Positions 10,079-20,704 of a stretch of 64,000 nucleotides of DNA are shown one piece after another. Position 1 is the first letter of the stretch. The number at the start of each line of letters is the position of its first letter. The notes under the pieces were generated by a model. The model was given only the letters and a program-made list of their open reading frames with translations. It did no database searches and was not told the origin of the DNA. This DNA is from Trueperaceae bacterium (GTDB lineage Bacteria; Deinococcota; Deinococci; Deinococcales; Trueperaceae), in contig OZ243913.1 in assembly GCA_965213705.1 (NCBI GenBank), positions 960,001 through 1,024,000 on the forward strand, in the 5' to 3' direction. Position numbers and translations under genes: made by a program.

Positions 10079-10645
10079 ATGAGTACCATCATCGTGTTGG
10101 TTATTCTCGTCGGACTGGGCCTGTTCGCGGTTTCGGTTTACAACCGCATCGTCACGCTGGAAAACCGGGTGGGCAACGCCTGGGGTCAAATCGACGTGCA
10201 GCTCAAAAAGCGCAACGACCTCGTTCCCAACCTCGTCGAGACGGTCAAGGGCTACGCGGCGCACGAAAAAGGCGTGTTCGAAGAGGTCGCGCGCTCGCGC
10301 CAGGCGATGATGAACGCACAGGGTATTCCTGAGTCCGCGGCGGCAGCCAACCAGATGAGCGCGGCGCTGGGACGGCTGTTCGCGATTTCTGAAAACTACC
10401 CCGACCTCAAGGCGAACCAAAACTTTTTAGAGCTGCAGCGCGAACTCTCCGACGTGGAAAGCAAAATCGCCTACGCGCGCCAGTTTTACAACGACTCGGT
10501 GTTGCAGTACAACAACGCCATCGAGACGGTGCCGGGCGTGCTGCTGGCCGGCCCGATGAACAAAAAAGAGCAAGTGTACTTGGAAATCCCCGAGACCGAG
10601 CGCCAAGCGCCGCAAGTGTCCTTCAGCGCGCAAGCGCAGGGGTAG
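10079..10645 (+). CDS. lemA: LemA family protein
   Basis: YN..VT....NAWGQIDVQLKKRNDLVPNLV, ENYPDLKA, ARQFYN. Confidence 0.95.
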   Translation: MSTIIVLVILVGLGLFAVSVYNRIVTLENRVGNAWGQIDVQLKKRNDLVPNLVETVKGYAAHEKGVFEEVARSRQAMMNAQGIPESAAAANQMSAALGRLFAISENYPDLKANQNFLELQRELSDVESKIAYARQFYNDSVLQYNNAIETVPGVLLAGPMNKKEQVYLEIPETERQAPQVSFSAQAQG

Positions 10646-10698
10646 TCGACGCCTTACCGCAGGATTTTTTACCTAGTCAAACAGAACTTGGAGAGTAG

Positions 10699-10738
10699 AA
10701 GCGAGAGGGGCGACCGTTCGGTCGCCCCTCTCGCTTTT
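10699..10738. terminator. Intrinsic terminator between convergent genes
   Basis: Perfect stem aagcgagaggggcgacc / ggtcgcccctctcgctt followed by T tract. Confidence 0.85.
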
Positions 10739-10769
10739 ATAAAAATCCGCGTGAAGACTTAGGTGCCGT

Positions 10770-12083
10770 TTACGGAGCGCCGACCTCGCCGCAGGCGAGC
10801 ACGGTGTCCGAACCGTCGGCGTAGAGGTTGACGTGCAAGTTGGCGTTGGTGAGTGCGACGAAACTCATTTCCAGCGTCGTCACGCTCAGTCCGCCTTTAC
10901 CGGCTTGGGAGGGCTCGAGCGTGATCAGGGTGTCGCCGTCGCTGCCGCAGTCGCCTTTGAGCAGTTCGACACCCAGGGTGTCCGCGGTGGCCTGACCGGT
11001 GATAAACAACGTAAGGACGAGGCTTTCGTCGCCGTAGTCCGCAACGAACAGTGAGCCGCGCACACGACTTTCTCCAACCGGAGAGACGGGGTAACGAACC
11101 TGCCGGTCCCGGGGAGTCTCGGCGGGGCTGGCGCTCGGCGCCGGCGGGGTTTGCACAGGTTGTACCCCAGGCGTAACGGGTTGTGCGGGAGCGGCCTCGG
11201 GTGTGGCGGTTTCAGGTGTGGCGGTTTCGGGTGCGGGCGTGACGGGCACCGGCGTCGCAGCGTCGGCGGGCTGTTCGGGCTGTTCGGTCGGCGTCACTGC
11301 CGTCGGCGCAGGGTCGGTCGGTGCAGGTTCGGTCGGCGCTGTTTCTGCCGGTGTCGTCTCAACAGGTGTTGTCTCAGCTGGTGTTGCCTCAACAGGTGTC
11401 GCTTCGGTGGGCGCTGTTTCCGCGGGTGCCTCTGTGGTAGGAGCGCTGTCGGTCGGTGTGGCGTCCGCGGCGGTTTCGTAGTCTATGTGCAAGAGGGGCG
11501 CTTCGCTTTCCCTGCCGTCGAACGACCGCGCGACGCGGTGTCCGGTGCCGCTGAGAACAAACGCGAGCGCGTTACCGCTCTGCCAACCCGGCCGGTCGAC
11601 AATTTCTTGTACGATTTCTGCGAGGTCGGGGGTTTGCTGGTCGGGGCCGGCCTCGTCTGCGGTGGTCCAGGGAGCGGGTGTCCAAGTTACCGCGGCACTC
11701 GTCCGCGGGCGGCTCGAGATGCTGTTGGGCGTTTCTGCAAACGGGGCCGGGCTGTCGCTCGCCTCGCCCTGGACGGTGACGGAGGTGTCTTGGTCGGTGG
11801 TTTCGTCGACGGTGAATTGGAGGTAGGCGTTAGTAACCGTCGCCCCTTGCGGAACGGTCACGTTCTCAAAACGCAGACCGACGATTTGCAAGGTGTCGGC
11901 ATCTTCAAAAAGTTCTAAGTCGGAACTGTCCACATAAACGGTTCCCGCCGGACCCTGCGAGGTCTCGCCCGTAAATTCCTCCGCATCGTCTAGGTTTTGC
12001 GACACGCGTATGTCCAAGCTGGACTGCGCCTGGGTAGTAACCACCAAACAGGCCACACAAAGAGCAAGTAAAAACTTTTTCAC
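10770..12083 (-). CDS. Secreted protein: beta-sandwich domain, P/T/A/E-rich linker, C-terminal SOD/CHRD-like domain
   Basis: Signal peptide; SSDLEL..VGLRF..VPQGATVTNAYLQF domain; ETTPA repeats; C-terminal GDCGS...VLACGEV. Confidence 0.75.
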   Translation of the reverse strand: MKKFLLALCVACLVVTTQAQSSLDIRVSQNLDDAEEFTGETSQGPAGTVYVDSSDLELFEDADTLQIVGLRFENVTVPQGATVTNAYLQFTVDETTDQDTSVTVQGEASDSPAPFAETPNSISSRPRTSAAVTWTPAPWTTADEAGPDQQTPDLAEIVQEIVDRPGWQSGNALAFVLSGTGHRVARSFDGRESEAPLLHIDYETAADATPTDSAPTTEAPAETAPTEATPVEATPAETTPVETTPAETAPTEPAPTDPAPTAVTPTEQPEQPADAATPVPVTPAPETATPETATPEAAPAQPVTPGVQPVQTPPAPSASPAETPRDRQVRYPVSPVGESRVRGSLFVADYGDESLVLTLFITGQATADTLGVELLKGDCGSDGDTLITLEPSQAGKGGLSVTTLEMSFVALTNANLHVNLYADGSDTVLACGEVGAP

Positions 12084-12578
12084 GTTTGCAACTCCTTAGT
12101 AAAATTTACCTCACCGGCTCGGCACCCTTTTGGTTAGCTTGACAAAGGTGGTTACGCTCTTACAGAACCCTGTTGCCGAACCCCCTGTCGCCTTGCGCCC
12201 CACCGCCCCCACTACCTTACACCCGGTTACGTTAGCTTGGCGAACCAAGGGTGCGTGTAAAGTTTATTATAAGGGCGGGCCGACCCGGTTTTTGGGTTTA
12301 ACAGGATTTCCTTTTCCCCTGGACTCACAGGTCACTTACAGATGTCTAATCTAGGCACCATACTATGAGAAAGATTTTCGGGTCCGCAACGGCCCTTCGG
12401 CCCGACTTCCGCGTCCAAGCGGTCGCGTTCAAGCAGTCGTGCTCAAAACAGTCGTGTTCAAACGGTCTTGGGCCGGACAGCTGCAGCCGGGATGGTTTGA
12501 ACCGGGATGATTTGAACGGAGCGTCCCCGACGGAGTCCCCGAACAGAGCGTTTTGGCCGATCAAAAATCGAGGTAACC

Positions 12579-14501
12579 GTGAAAATGATGACCGAATTTA
12601 AAAGTAAGATAGTGCGCTTCGACCCGCAGGGGCTGCCTTCCGTGGTCAAGCCCGTCCTCGACGTGTCTGTCTGGTTGCTCTCTGTCGTCATGGCTTACCT
12701 GACGGTGTTCGTCATTCGGTACGACGCCGCGATTCCCCTTGCGAGCTACCCCGGCCTTGTCTTGTCAATGTTCGTTCTAACGGCTGCCAAGCTTGTAGGC
12801 GCGCACCTGTTGCGCCTCCACCGGCAGAGTTGGAGCCGCCTGTCTTTTCGGGACTTGGGCGCTATTTTGCGGCTTGTCGTCAGCGTCGGGTTCTTGGGTA
12901 GCGCGCTGCTTTTGCTGCTGGGTCCGGAGCTGAGAATCCCCCGCTCGATAGCGGCGCTCGACATGCTGTTGTCGCTGCTTTTTATGGTCGGTTTGCGGAG
13001 TGGCGCCCGGTACTGGCACGAAAACTGGCTGCAGCAAGGCGTGGTGCCCGCCCGCCGTAAAAAAGTGCTCATCGTCGGAGCCGGTGAGGCGGGTTCGCTG
13101 ATGAGTCGGGAGATGCTGCGTCACCCGGAAATGGGCCTGAAGCCGGTCGGGTTTTTAGACGACGACCCACGCAAGGTCGGTCACCGCATCGGGCCGGTAC
13201 CGGTGCTGGGCACCGTCGAACATTTAGACACGGTCATCCAAAAAATCGAGGTCGACGAGGTCGTCATCGCCCTGCCCTCGGCGGGGGGAAGCGTCGTGCG
13301 CGAGGTCGTCGACAAGATAACGGCCAGCAAGTCCGGCGTCACCTACCGAATCATGCCGGGCCTGTACGAGATTTTGAGCGGCCGCGTCGACATCAAACGG
13401 ATGCGCGAGGTCGAAATCGACGACCTCTTGGGCCGCCCCCCGGTCACGCTCGACACGGCAAGCATCCTGGGTTACCTAGAGGGCAAAACGGTCATGATTA
13501 CCGGGGCGGGCGGCTCGATAGGCTCGGAAATCGTGCGTCAAGTGTGCCGCTTTCGCCCGAAAGAACTCATCTTGTTCGGACACGGCGAGAACAGTATTTA
13601 CCAGCTCGAGCGCGAACTCGACCGCGACTGGCCCGACATCAAGTACCACAGCGTCATCGGCGCGATTCAAAACGGGGTGCGGCTGGACTATATCTTCAAC
13701 CGCTACAAGCCCCAGGTCATCTTTCACACGGCGGCGCACAAACACGTGCCCCTTATGGAGACGAACCCCGAAGAGGCGGTGTTCAACAACATCGTCGGCA
13801 GCAAAAACTTGGTCAACTTGGCGCTGAAATACGGCGTGTCGCACTTTGTCAACATTTCGACCGACAAGGCCGTCAACCCGACCTCGGTGATGGGCGCGTC
13901 CAAACGCATGGTCGAGTACATCGTCCAGGACGCCTCGCGGCGGGCTCGTGAAGACCAAACGTTCGTGTCGGTGCGCTTCGGCAACGTGCTCGGCAGCCGC
14001 GGCAGCGTGATTCCGGTTTTTAAGAAGCAAATTTTAGCGGGCGGACCCGTCACCGTCACGCACCCCGACATGGTGCGTTACTTCATGACCATTCCCGAGG
14101 CGTCGCAACTCGTGCTGCAAGCCTCGGCGCAGGGCAGAAACGGCGACATATACATCCTCGACATGGGTGAACCGGTCAAAATTTTGGACCTGGCTAGGGA
14201 CCTCATCAAACTGTCCGGTTTCGAGCCCGACAAGGACATCCAAATCGTCTTCACCGGGATGCGGCCGGGCGAGAAGATGTACGAAGAACTCATGACCGAA
14301 GAAGAACGCGGTGGCGAGACCTCGCACGAGAAAATCTTTGCGGCTAGGGTCATGGCCTTCGACACGGGCGAGCTGGAGAGCATCATCCACCGTTTGCAAG
14401 AAGCCGCGCTGCAAAGCGACCACCTCGTCATCCGGCACTGTCTGGAAGAGTTTATCGACGGCTGCAACCTCGACTACAGCCAGATTCCGGTGAGCGTCTA
14501 G
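12579..14501 (+). CDS. Polysaccharide biosynthesis nucleotide-sugar 4,6-dehydratase (CapD/PglF family)
   Basis: 4 TM segments, GAGEAG, DLLGR, TGAGGSIGSE, AAHKHVP, STDKAVNP, VRFGNVLGSRGS. Confidence 0.95.
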   Translation: MKMMTEFKSKIVRFDPQGLPSVVKPVLDVSVWLLSVVMAYLTVFVIRYDAAIPLASYPGLVLSMFVLTAAKLVGAHLLRLHRQSWSRLSFRDLGAILRLVVSVGFLGSALLLLLGPELRIPRSIAALDMLLSLLFMVGLRSGARYWHENWLQQGVVPARRKKVLIVGAGEAGSLMSREMLRHPEMGLKPVGFLDDDPRKVGHRIGPVPVLGTVEHLDTVIQKIEVDEVVIALPSAGGSVVREVVDKITASKSGVTYRIMPGLYEILSGRVDIKRMREVEIDDLLGRPPVTLDTASILGYLEGKTVMITGAGGSIGSEIVRQVCRFRPKELILFGHGENSIYQLERELDRDWPDIKYHSVIGAIQNGVRLDYIFNRYKPQVIFHTAAHKHVPLMETNPEEAVFNNIVGSKNLVNLALKYGVSHFVNISTDKAVNPTSVMGASKRMVEYIVQDASRRAREDQTFVSVRFGNVLGSRGSVIPVFKKQILAGGPVTVTHPDMVRYFMTIPEASQLVLQASAQGRNGDIYILDMGEPVKILDLARDLIKLSGFEPDKDIQIVFTGMRPGEKMYEELMTEEERGGETSHEKIFAARVMAFDTGELESIIHRLQEAALQSDHLVIRHCLEEFIDGCNLDYSQIPVSV

Positions 14502-14631
14502 GCCCACGTCCAGCCCAGCGTCTGGGCCAGGGGGTACGCTCGAGCGTTTGTGACCTTTTGGCGGGCGACGCGGCGGTTATCTGCTACAGTCTAAATTTGG
14601 CGGACTGACTCAGAAGTCGGCGAGAGTAAGG

Positions 14632-16236
14632 ATGGCGGCGATGCAACAAGAGATTACGATTTCTATCAACGACGTGCTGCGCTTTATCGGGCGCGGCTTA
14701 CTATTGGCTCTAATCGTGGCGGGCGCGGCGGGGTTTGTGGTTTATCAACTCAGTCAACGGCGCGAACCCGTGTACGAGTCAAAAGCGACGGTTTTGTCGG
14801 AGCAGCCCAACACGCAGAGCGGCCTTGCCGGCACCCTCTTCAACGCGCCCGTCCTGGACGCGAGCGCCTACAAAGCCGCCGCTGAAAGCGACGCGGTGCT
14901 GAGGACGGCCTTGATAGACCTGACGCAAGAGGACGAGGTAACACCGGGGGCCATCAAGTCGTTACGGGGCAAAACCTCGGTGTCACCGAGCGAAGAACGA
15001 AACTCGGGCCTTATCTCCATCAGAGCAGAGGCCGACACCGCCGAGGGTGCGGCGCAAAGGGCGACCGCGCTGGCAAACGCCCTCGTCGAGTGGGACGAGG
15101 GCCGGGCCAAAAGCAAACTCAACGAACTCATCAACGGCCTCGAGGCGGCGGTCAGACAAATCACCGAAACGATTCGTGGTCTTCAAGCCTCTAACGCTTC
15201 TCAAGCTCAAATCGACGCTCAGGTGGCTCTGCTCGCCGACCGAAGCTCACGGCTCAACAACGCTCAAACCCTGCGGGAGTCGACCGTCACCCTGCTCAGC
15301 GTGCTCCAAGAAGGCAGCGTGCCTTCCAACCCGGTCTCGCCCAATCCTTTGTTCGACGCCACGCTGGCGGCCCTCTTGGGGATTTTCCTGACCTACGGCC
15401 TCCTTTTGGTTCGCAACGCCCTCGACACCAAACTGCGCAGCGTGGACGACGTGGCGACGGTCAGCGGGTTGCCGGTCATCGCCGAGTTTCCCAAACTGCC
15501 CAAGGGCATACGCAACCTGCCGCGGGAGGCCTCGAGCTACCTGCGCACCAACCTGCTGTTTTCCACCGTCGACGCCAACCCTAAGGTGTTGCTGGTTACC
15601 AGCGCCAACAGCGAAGAGGGCAAGTCGAGCATCGCCATCAGTTTGGCGGAGAGTTTTGTGCGCAACGGTTACCGCACGCTCCTTATCGACGCCGACCTGC
15701 GCAAACCCGTCATCGCGGGCGAGTACCGCATCAACAACCTGCACCAGGCCTCTTTGGAAGACTGTCTGAAAAACCCTTACACCGCCCACAAGGCGGCGAC
15801 CGTGTCCATCGGCGCGAAAGACTATCTGTACGTCATCCCCACCTTTCAACCGGCCCCGCAAGCGTCCGAACTCTTGAGCCGCGGCTTTAGGGAGTGTTTG
15901 GACAAGTGGCGGCAAGAGTACGACGTCATCGTCGTCGACTCGGCTCCGGTTTTGGCCGTCGCCGACGCGCTTGCCATCGCGCCGCTCGCGACGGGCACCT
16001 TGCTCGCCATCAACCAACAAAAAACCGACCGGCGGCAACTGCGCTCGACCGTCGAGTTGCTGCACCGCGTCGGCGTGCGGATTTTGGGCATCGCCGTGAC
16101 CCACGTCAGCAAAGAGGCGTCACAGGGCTCGCGCTACAGCTACGGCTACGGCTACGCCGAGTCCGAAGCGGCGGAACGCGAGAGGGAGAAAGACGACTTT
16201 ACAAACCCGCCCCAAGTCGGGAGCACCAAGCGCTGA
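14632..16236 (+). CDS. Polysaccharide co-polymerase / BY-kinase (Wzc/CpsCD-like)
   Basis: Two TM segments flanking a coiled region, Walker A SANSEEGKS, IDADLR, VVDSAP, C-terminal YSYGYGY. Confidence 0.9.
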   Translation: MAAMQQEITISINDVLRFIGRGLLLALIVAGAAGFVVYQLSQRREPVYESKATVLSEQPNTQSGLAGTLFNAPVLDASAYKAAAESDAVLRTALIDLTQEDEVTPGAIKSLRGKTSVSPSEERNSGLISIRAEADTAEGAAQRATALANALVEWDEGRAKSKLNELINGLEAAVRQITETIRGLQASNASQAQIDAQVALLADRSSRLNNAQTLRESTVTLLSVLQEGSVPSNPVSPNPLFDATLAALLGIFLTYGLLLVRNALDTKLRSVDDVATVSGLPVIAEFPKLPKGIRNLPREASSYLRTNLLFSTVDANPKVLLVTSANSEEGKSSIAISLAESFVRNGYRTLLIDADLRKPVIAGEYRINNLHQASLEDCLKNPYTAHKAATVSIGAKDYLYVIPTFQPAPQASELLSRGFRECLDKWRQEYDVIVVDSAPVLAVADALAIAPLATGTLLAINQQKTDRRQLRSTVELLHRVGVRILGIAVTHVSKEASQGSRYSYGYGYAESEAAEREREKDDFTNPPQVGSTKR

Positions 16237-16406
16237 CAAGAACCGAGGGTGTCTAACGAACGGCAGGGCGCGCCAGAGAAGGCGCGCCCTTCTCGTTTGA
16301 GGCGGCGTGTAGGCCCGCTCTCGCTCGAGCCGACCTCGGGGCCCCACCCCACGACCTTTACGGCGAAGACGCACCGTTCGCGTTAACCTGCTGGTAGGAG
16401 GTCGAC

Positions 16407-17033
16407 ATGATACTCGTCGCGGGTGCCCACGGGCGCACAGGCCGACACATCGTTTCGCTGCTGGGGGGCAGGGCCAAGGCCCTTGTCAGACGCCGAGACC
16501 AGGTCGAAAGCATGACGGACTTGGGCGCGGAGGCGGTCGTCGGCGACTTGACGGACATTCCGTTGGACGGGCTGCTGAAGGGCTGCGACGGCGTGATTTT
16601 CGCAGCGGGCGCGGGCATGGACGGTGACCCGGAACAAGTCGACAACGAGGCTGCGGTCAACCTCATCGAGACCCTAAAGCGTCACGGGGACGAGCGCTTC
16701 GTCATGGTCAGTTCTATGGGGACGACCTACCCCGACAAGATGCCGCCGCTGTTGAAACCTTATTTGGTCGCCAAACGCAAGGCGGAACAGGTGCTCGAGA
16801 CCTCCGGCCTAATCTACACGATTGTCCGCCCCGGCGGACTCACCGACGCGCCCGGCACCGGGCAGGTCGAGGTCGCGCCGGCCTTGAACCGGGGCGGCTC
16901 GGTGCCACGCGAGGACGTGGCGAGGGCGGTGGTGCTCGCCGTAGACGCGAGCACGACCTACAACACCGCGTTCGATATTTTGTCGGGCGACACGCCCATC
17001 GCCGCGGCACTGGACAACCTGACGAACGCTTAG
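16407..17033 (+). CDS. Atypical SDR / NAD(P)H-binding protein
   Basis: GAHGRTG, FAAG, YLVAK, IVRPGGL. Confidence 0.88.
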   Translation: MILVAGAHGRTGRHIVSLLGGRAKALVRRRDQVESMTDLGAEAVVGDLTDIPLDGLLKGCDGVIFAAGAGMDGDPEQVDNEAAVNLIETLKRHGDERFVMVSSMGTTYPDKMPPLLKPYLVAKRKAEQVLETSGLIYTIVRPGGLTDAPGTGQVEVAPALNRGGSVPREDVARAVVLAVDASTTYNTAFDILSGDTPIAAALDNLTNA

Positions 17034-17052
17034 CGGGGCGTAAACTCGGAGC

Positions 17053-17862
17053 ATGTTCAGCAAAGACCAGCTCGACCGCTACGCGCGCCACATCATTCTG
17101 CCGGGCGTGGGTGCGGCGGGCCAGCGCAAGCTTTTAGATGCGAAAATTCTCGTCGTCGGCGCGGGCGGTTTGGGTTCGCCGGTGCTGCTCTACTTAGCGG
17201 CCGCCGGGGTAGGCACGCTCGGCGTGGTGGACTTCGACAGGGTCGAAACGAGCAACCTGCAGCGCCAGGTGCTGCACGACACGGACCACGTCGGTGTTCT
17301 CAAGACGGACTCGGCGCGGCGGCGCGTAACCGCCCTCAACCCGGACGTGCGGGTCGAGGTTTATCCGGAGCGGCTGACGTCAAAGAACGCGCTCGAGCTG
17401 TTCGCACCTTACGACCTCGTCGTTGACGGCAGCGACAGTTTCGCCACCCGCTACCTCGTCAACGACGCCTGCGTGCTGACGGGCAAACCGCTTCTTTACG
17501 GCGCGATGGCGCAGTTCGAGGGGCAACTGAGCTTGTTTCACGCGGCAACCCCGGCGGGTTTAAGTCCCTGCTACCGCTGCTTGTACCCCACGCCGCCCGC
17601 GCCCGGCACGGTGCCGAACTGCGCCGAGGCGGGCGTGTTCGGCGCGCTGCCCGGCGTGGTCGGCAGCATGATGGCGGTCGAGGCCGTCAAGACGCTGCTC
17701 GGTTTGGGTGAGAGTTTGGCGGGTACGCTGCTTCACTACGACGCGCTCTACAGCGAGACGCGGCGCGTCACCGTGACCCGAAACCCCCATTGCGTGGCGT
17801 GCGGGGAGGTGCCAAGCGTCACCGAACTGCAGGACTACGAACTGTTCTGCACCTCACCTTGA
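17053..17862 (+). CDS. moeB: MoeB/ThiF adenylyltransferase
   Basis: RYARH, GAGGLGSP, SNLQRQ, CYRC, CAEAGV, CVAC. Confidence 0.9.
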   Translation: MFSKDQLDRYARHIILPGVGAAGQRKLLDAKILVVGAGGLGSPVLLYLAAAGVGTLGVVDFDRVETSNLQRQVLHDTDHVGVLKTDSARRRVTALNPDVRVEVYPERLTSKNALELFAPYDLVVDGSDSFATRYLVNDACVLTGKPLLYGAMAQFEGQLSLFHAATPAGLSPCYRCLYPTPPAPGTVPNCAEAGVFGALPGVVGSMMAVEAVKTLLGLGESLAGTLLHYDALYSETRRVTVTRNPHCVACGEVPSVTELQDYELFCTSP

Positions 17863-17929
17863 TTGCAGCACACGCGCTACTCCGGACTGTTTTCAGTGTT
17901 TTATGCTCTAAAACCGAAAGGGGAATACC

Positions 17930-18418
17930 GTGACCGTAACAAGCGAACGAGAAAAACTTTGGGACAAAATCAAAGACGTGCGCATCGCCATGATGACGAC
18001 CGTCGAGACGGACGACACCCTGCGCAGCCGCCCGATGTATCTGCAACAAGCCGAATTCGACGGCGACTTGTGGTTTTTCACCCGCGACGACTCGGGTAAG
18101 ATTTCTGAAATCATGCACAACAAACAGGTCAACTTGGGTTTCGCCGACCCCGGCGACAACCTCTACGTGTCGGTGTCGGGCAAGGCGCAAATCACCGACG
18201 ACCGCGCCAAAGAAGAGGAACTCTGGAACCCCATGCTGAAAGCCTGGTTTCCGGACGGTTTGGACGACCCGCACCTGACCCTGATTCGGGTAAGCACGGA
18301 CCAAGCCGAGTATTGGGACTCGCCGAGCAGCAAGATGGTGCAGCTCTACGGTTTTGTCAAAGCGGCGGTGACGGGCGAAAAAGCCGACCCCGGCGAAAAC
18401 GAAAAGCTCAACCTGTAG
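17930..18418 (+). CDS. General stress protein, pyridoxamine-5'-phosphate-oxidase-like
   Basis: AMMTT..SRPM, LWFFT, LWNP..KAWFP.G.DDP, AEYWD. Confidence 0.88.
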   Translation: MTVTSEREKLWDKIKDVRIAMMTTVETDDTLRSRPMYLQQAEFDGDLWFFTRDDSGKISEIMHNKQVNLGFADPGDNLYVSVSGKAQITDDRAKEEELWNPMLKAWFPDGLDDPHLTLIRVSTDQAEYWDSPSSKMVQLYGFVKAAVTGEKADPGENEKLNL

Positions 18419-18506
18419 TCCAAAACGGCAAAAAATGGGGCCGCCTCGTTGTGCTGGGGCGGCCTTCTCAGGTGCTTTTATTGTGACTTTATAGCCCGAT
18501 ACCGGC

Positions 18507-19238
18507 TCAGCGCTGACCGCGACGGCTGAGCAAAAACGCCCCGCCCAACGCCATGCCGACCTTGGCGACGTCGTCCTGGAAGTCCACTTTGCCGTCGCGG
18601 TTGCTGTCGAGTAGGCCGAGCAGGCTGCCCTGCTGAGTGCCGGGTGTTTCCTCTTCGATGGTTTGGCGCTCGCGGTTGACGAGGTCGGCGACCCCTCGAG
18701 AGTCCAAGTTTTGCTGACGCTTGACCTTGCCGAGCGTGCTCATGACGAGCGGTGCGAGTAGCCCCATAAGCTGACCCACTTGGCCGCCGTTCAAGCCCGT
18801 CGCCTGGCTGACGCCGTTTTGCACCGCGCCGCGGCGACCGCCGAAGAGGTGGCCCAAAATGCCTTCTGCGTTGGTCGCGCGACTGCTTCCCCCGCCCAAC
18901 GCGCCGAGCATACTCATGAGGTCGCCGCCCGCACCGCCACTCATGGTGCCGCCCGCACCGCCACCCATCAAACCGCCCAGACCGCCCGCACCACCGCCGA
19001 AGAGTCCCGCAAGCTGGCCCAACAAACTGCCGTCGTGGTCTTGCTCGAGCGCCCGGTTCAGCGACTCCGCGCCGTCGGGTTGGTGCTGGACGTTTTGCGA
19101 CATGCCGCCGATCATCATCGGCACGAGCGCCGAAATCGCCTTGTCGGTCTGTTCCTCGTTCGCGCCTATGCGCTGGCTGATGCCTTCGACCATCCTGGGG
19201 TCGAGCTGTTGACGTAGTTCATCAAGTAGTGAAGCCAC
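18507..19238 (-). CDS. DUF937 family protein with Gly-rich insert and C-terminal EF-hand-like loop
   Basis: DHDGSLL, GILGHLFG, LAPLVM..LG, DSNRDGKVDFQDD. Confidence 0.8.
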   Translation of the reverse strand: MASLLDELRQQLDPRMVEGISQRIGANEEQTDKAISALVPMMIGGMSQNVQHQPDGAESLNRALEQDHDGSLLGQLAGLFGGGAGGLGGLMGGGAGGTMSGGAGGDLMSMLGALGGGSSRATNAEGILGHLFGGRRGAVQNGVSQATGLNGGQVGQLMGLLAPLVMSTLGKVKRQQNLDSRGVADLVNRERQTIEEETPGTQQGSLLGLLDSNRDGKVDFQDDVAKVGMALGGAFLLSRRGQR

Positions 19239-19457
19239 TGTTGTCCCCTTTCGCTGGGCTGTGTATTTGGCTCAGACTTTCAATGTAGGCTTCCCGCGCG
19301 CAACCTGCTGTAGACACGACTGCAATTGGAGGGTGAGTTACGTTGTAGGACGAGCGGGTCGAGGTGGGCACATAGACACAGGGGAGCGCTCGGTCAGCGG
19401 TTCTCGGATTTTCTCAAACGACGAACCCTATCCGTCGCCTCACGGTAGGCTGAACCT

Positions 19458-20591
19458 GTGTTGGAGAAGCGCATCTTAACCGCGGAGGTCGTTTACAACG
19501 GCTTGGGCACACCCAGGGCCGACGGAGCCGTCGTCGTGCAAGCGGGCACCGAGGAGCAAGTCGTCGCGCTGGGCGACCCGGCGACGATGCGGCGGAACTT
19601 CCCCGACGCTGCCGAGGAGCACGTCGGCTTCGCCCTGTCGCCGCCGCCGGTCAACGCGCACACACACCTCGACCTCTCGACCATGCCCCACACGCCGGGC
19701 GACTACGCGGCGTTTATCGACGCGGTCGTGGCGAACTCACAGGCGGGGCGGCGCGGCTTGGAAGCCGCCGAGCAAGGCGTGGCAGAGTTGAAGCGATACG
19801 GGACAAAGATGGTCGGCGACGTCGTCGCTCGAGCCGACGTCATGACTTTTTTACTGGCGAGCGACTTGCAAGGCGTCGCCTACTGGGAAGTCCTCGGACC
19901 CGACCCGGCCGACGCCGAACGTGTTTTCAACGAGACGGTCGAACGGTTGCGCGCGTTCAGAAAGCTCGAGCGCCCCGGCGGGATGCGCGTCGGGCTGTCA
20001 CCCCACAGCCCGCACACGGTGAGCGCGCCGCTGCTTCAAAAGCTGGTCCGACTGGCGCAGCAGAACAAGCTCCCGCTCCAAATCCACGTGGCGGAGAGTG
20101 AGAAAGAACTGGCCTTCCACCGGGACGGCGGCGCGTTTCAAGACCTGCAAGTCGCCGGAGCTTGGCAGCCTTCGGGCCTGACGCCGGTAAAGTACCTCGA
20201 GAGCTTGGGCGTGCTGGACGCTGCCCCGACCCTCGTCCACATGGTTCACGTGACCGAAGACGACGTGCGCGCGGTGCAACGGGCGGGCTGCGTGGTCGTT
20301 CATTGCCCGCGCTCGAATCTGGCGCTGGACTGTGGCCGCTTTCCCTGGGAACTCTACGCCAAACACGGCGTGACGGTAGCGTTCGGAACGGACGGTTTGG
20401 GCTCGAGCCCCACACTGTCGATAGAGGATGAGGTGCGGGCGGCACGAGACCTGCACGGCGACAAGGTGAGCCCGCTTGCCCTCGTGTGGTCGGCGGTCAA
20501 GGGGGGCTACCGCGCCCTCGGGCTGACGCCGCCCAAGGTGGTGCGCGGGGACGCGTTTTCTAAGCTGCACGTTTGGCGAGGGGACGTTTAG
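19458..20591 (+). CDS. Amidohydrolase, probable aminodeoxyfutalosine deaminase (DR0824-like)
   Basis: [36 protein letters not shown]; resemblance to D. radiodurans DR0824 is from memory. Confidence 0.75.
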   Translation: MLEKRILTAEVVYNGLGTPRADGAVVVQAGTEEQVVALGDPATMRRNFPDAAEEHVGFALSPPPVNAHTHLDLSTMPHTPGDYAAFIDAVVANSQAGRRGLEAAEQGVAELKRYGTKMVGDVVARADVMTFLLASDLQGVAYWEVLGPDPADAERVFNETVERLRAFRKLERPGGMRVGLSPHSPHTVSAPLLQKLVRLAQQNKLPLQIHVAESEKELAFHRDGGAFQDLQVAGAWQPSGLTPVKYLESLGVLDAAPTLVHMVHVTEDDVRAVQRAGCVVVHCPRSNLALDCGRFPWELYAKHGVTVAFGTDGLGSSPTLSIEDEVRAARDLHGDKVSPLALVWSAVKGGYRALGLTPPKVVRGDAFSKLHVWRGDV

Positions 20592-20704
20592 TTTGTAGCT
20601 TACTAGTCTGTAGCTTGTGGTTTTTTCCCACGAGCCACTGGCTACCGGCTTCTTGCACCTCCTGTTACCATAAGCGAAAAGTTTTGCTCGAGACCTCTGG
20701 AGGC

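Noticed and set aside
20573..20704. Upstream extension of fumC
   Set aside because: Crosses a repeat tract; GGAGG precedes ATG 20705/20708
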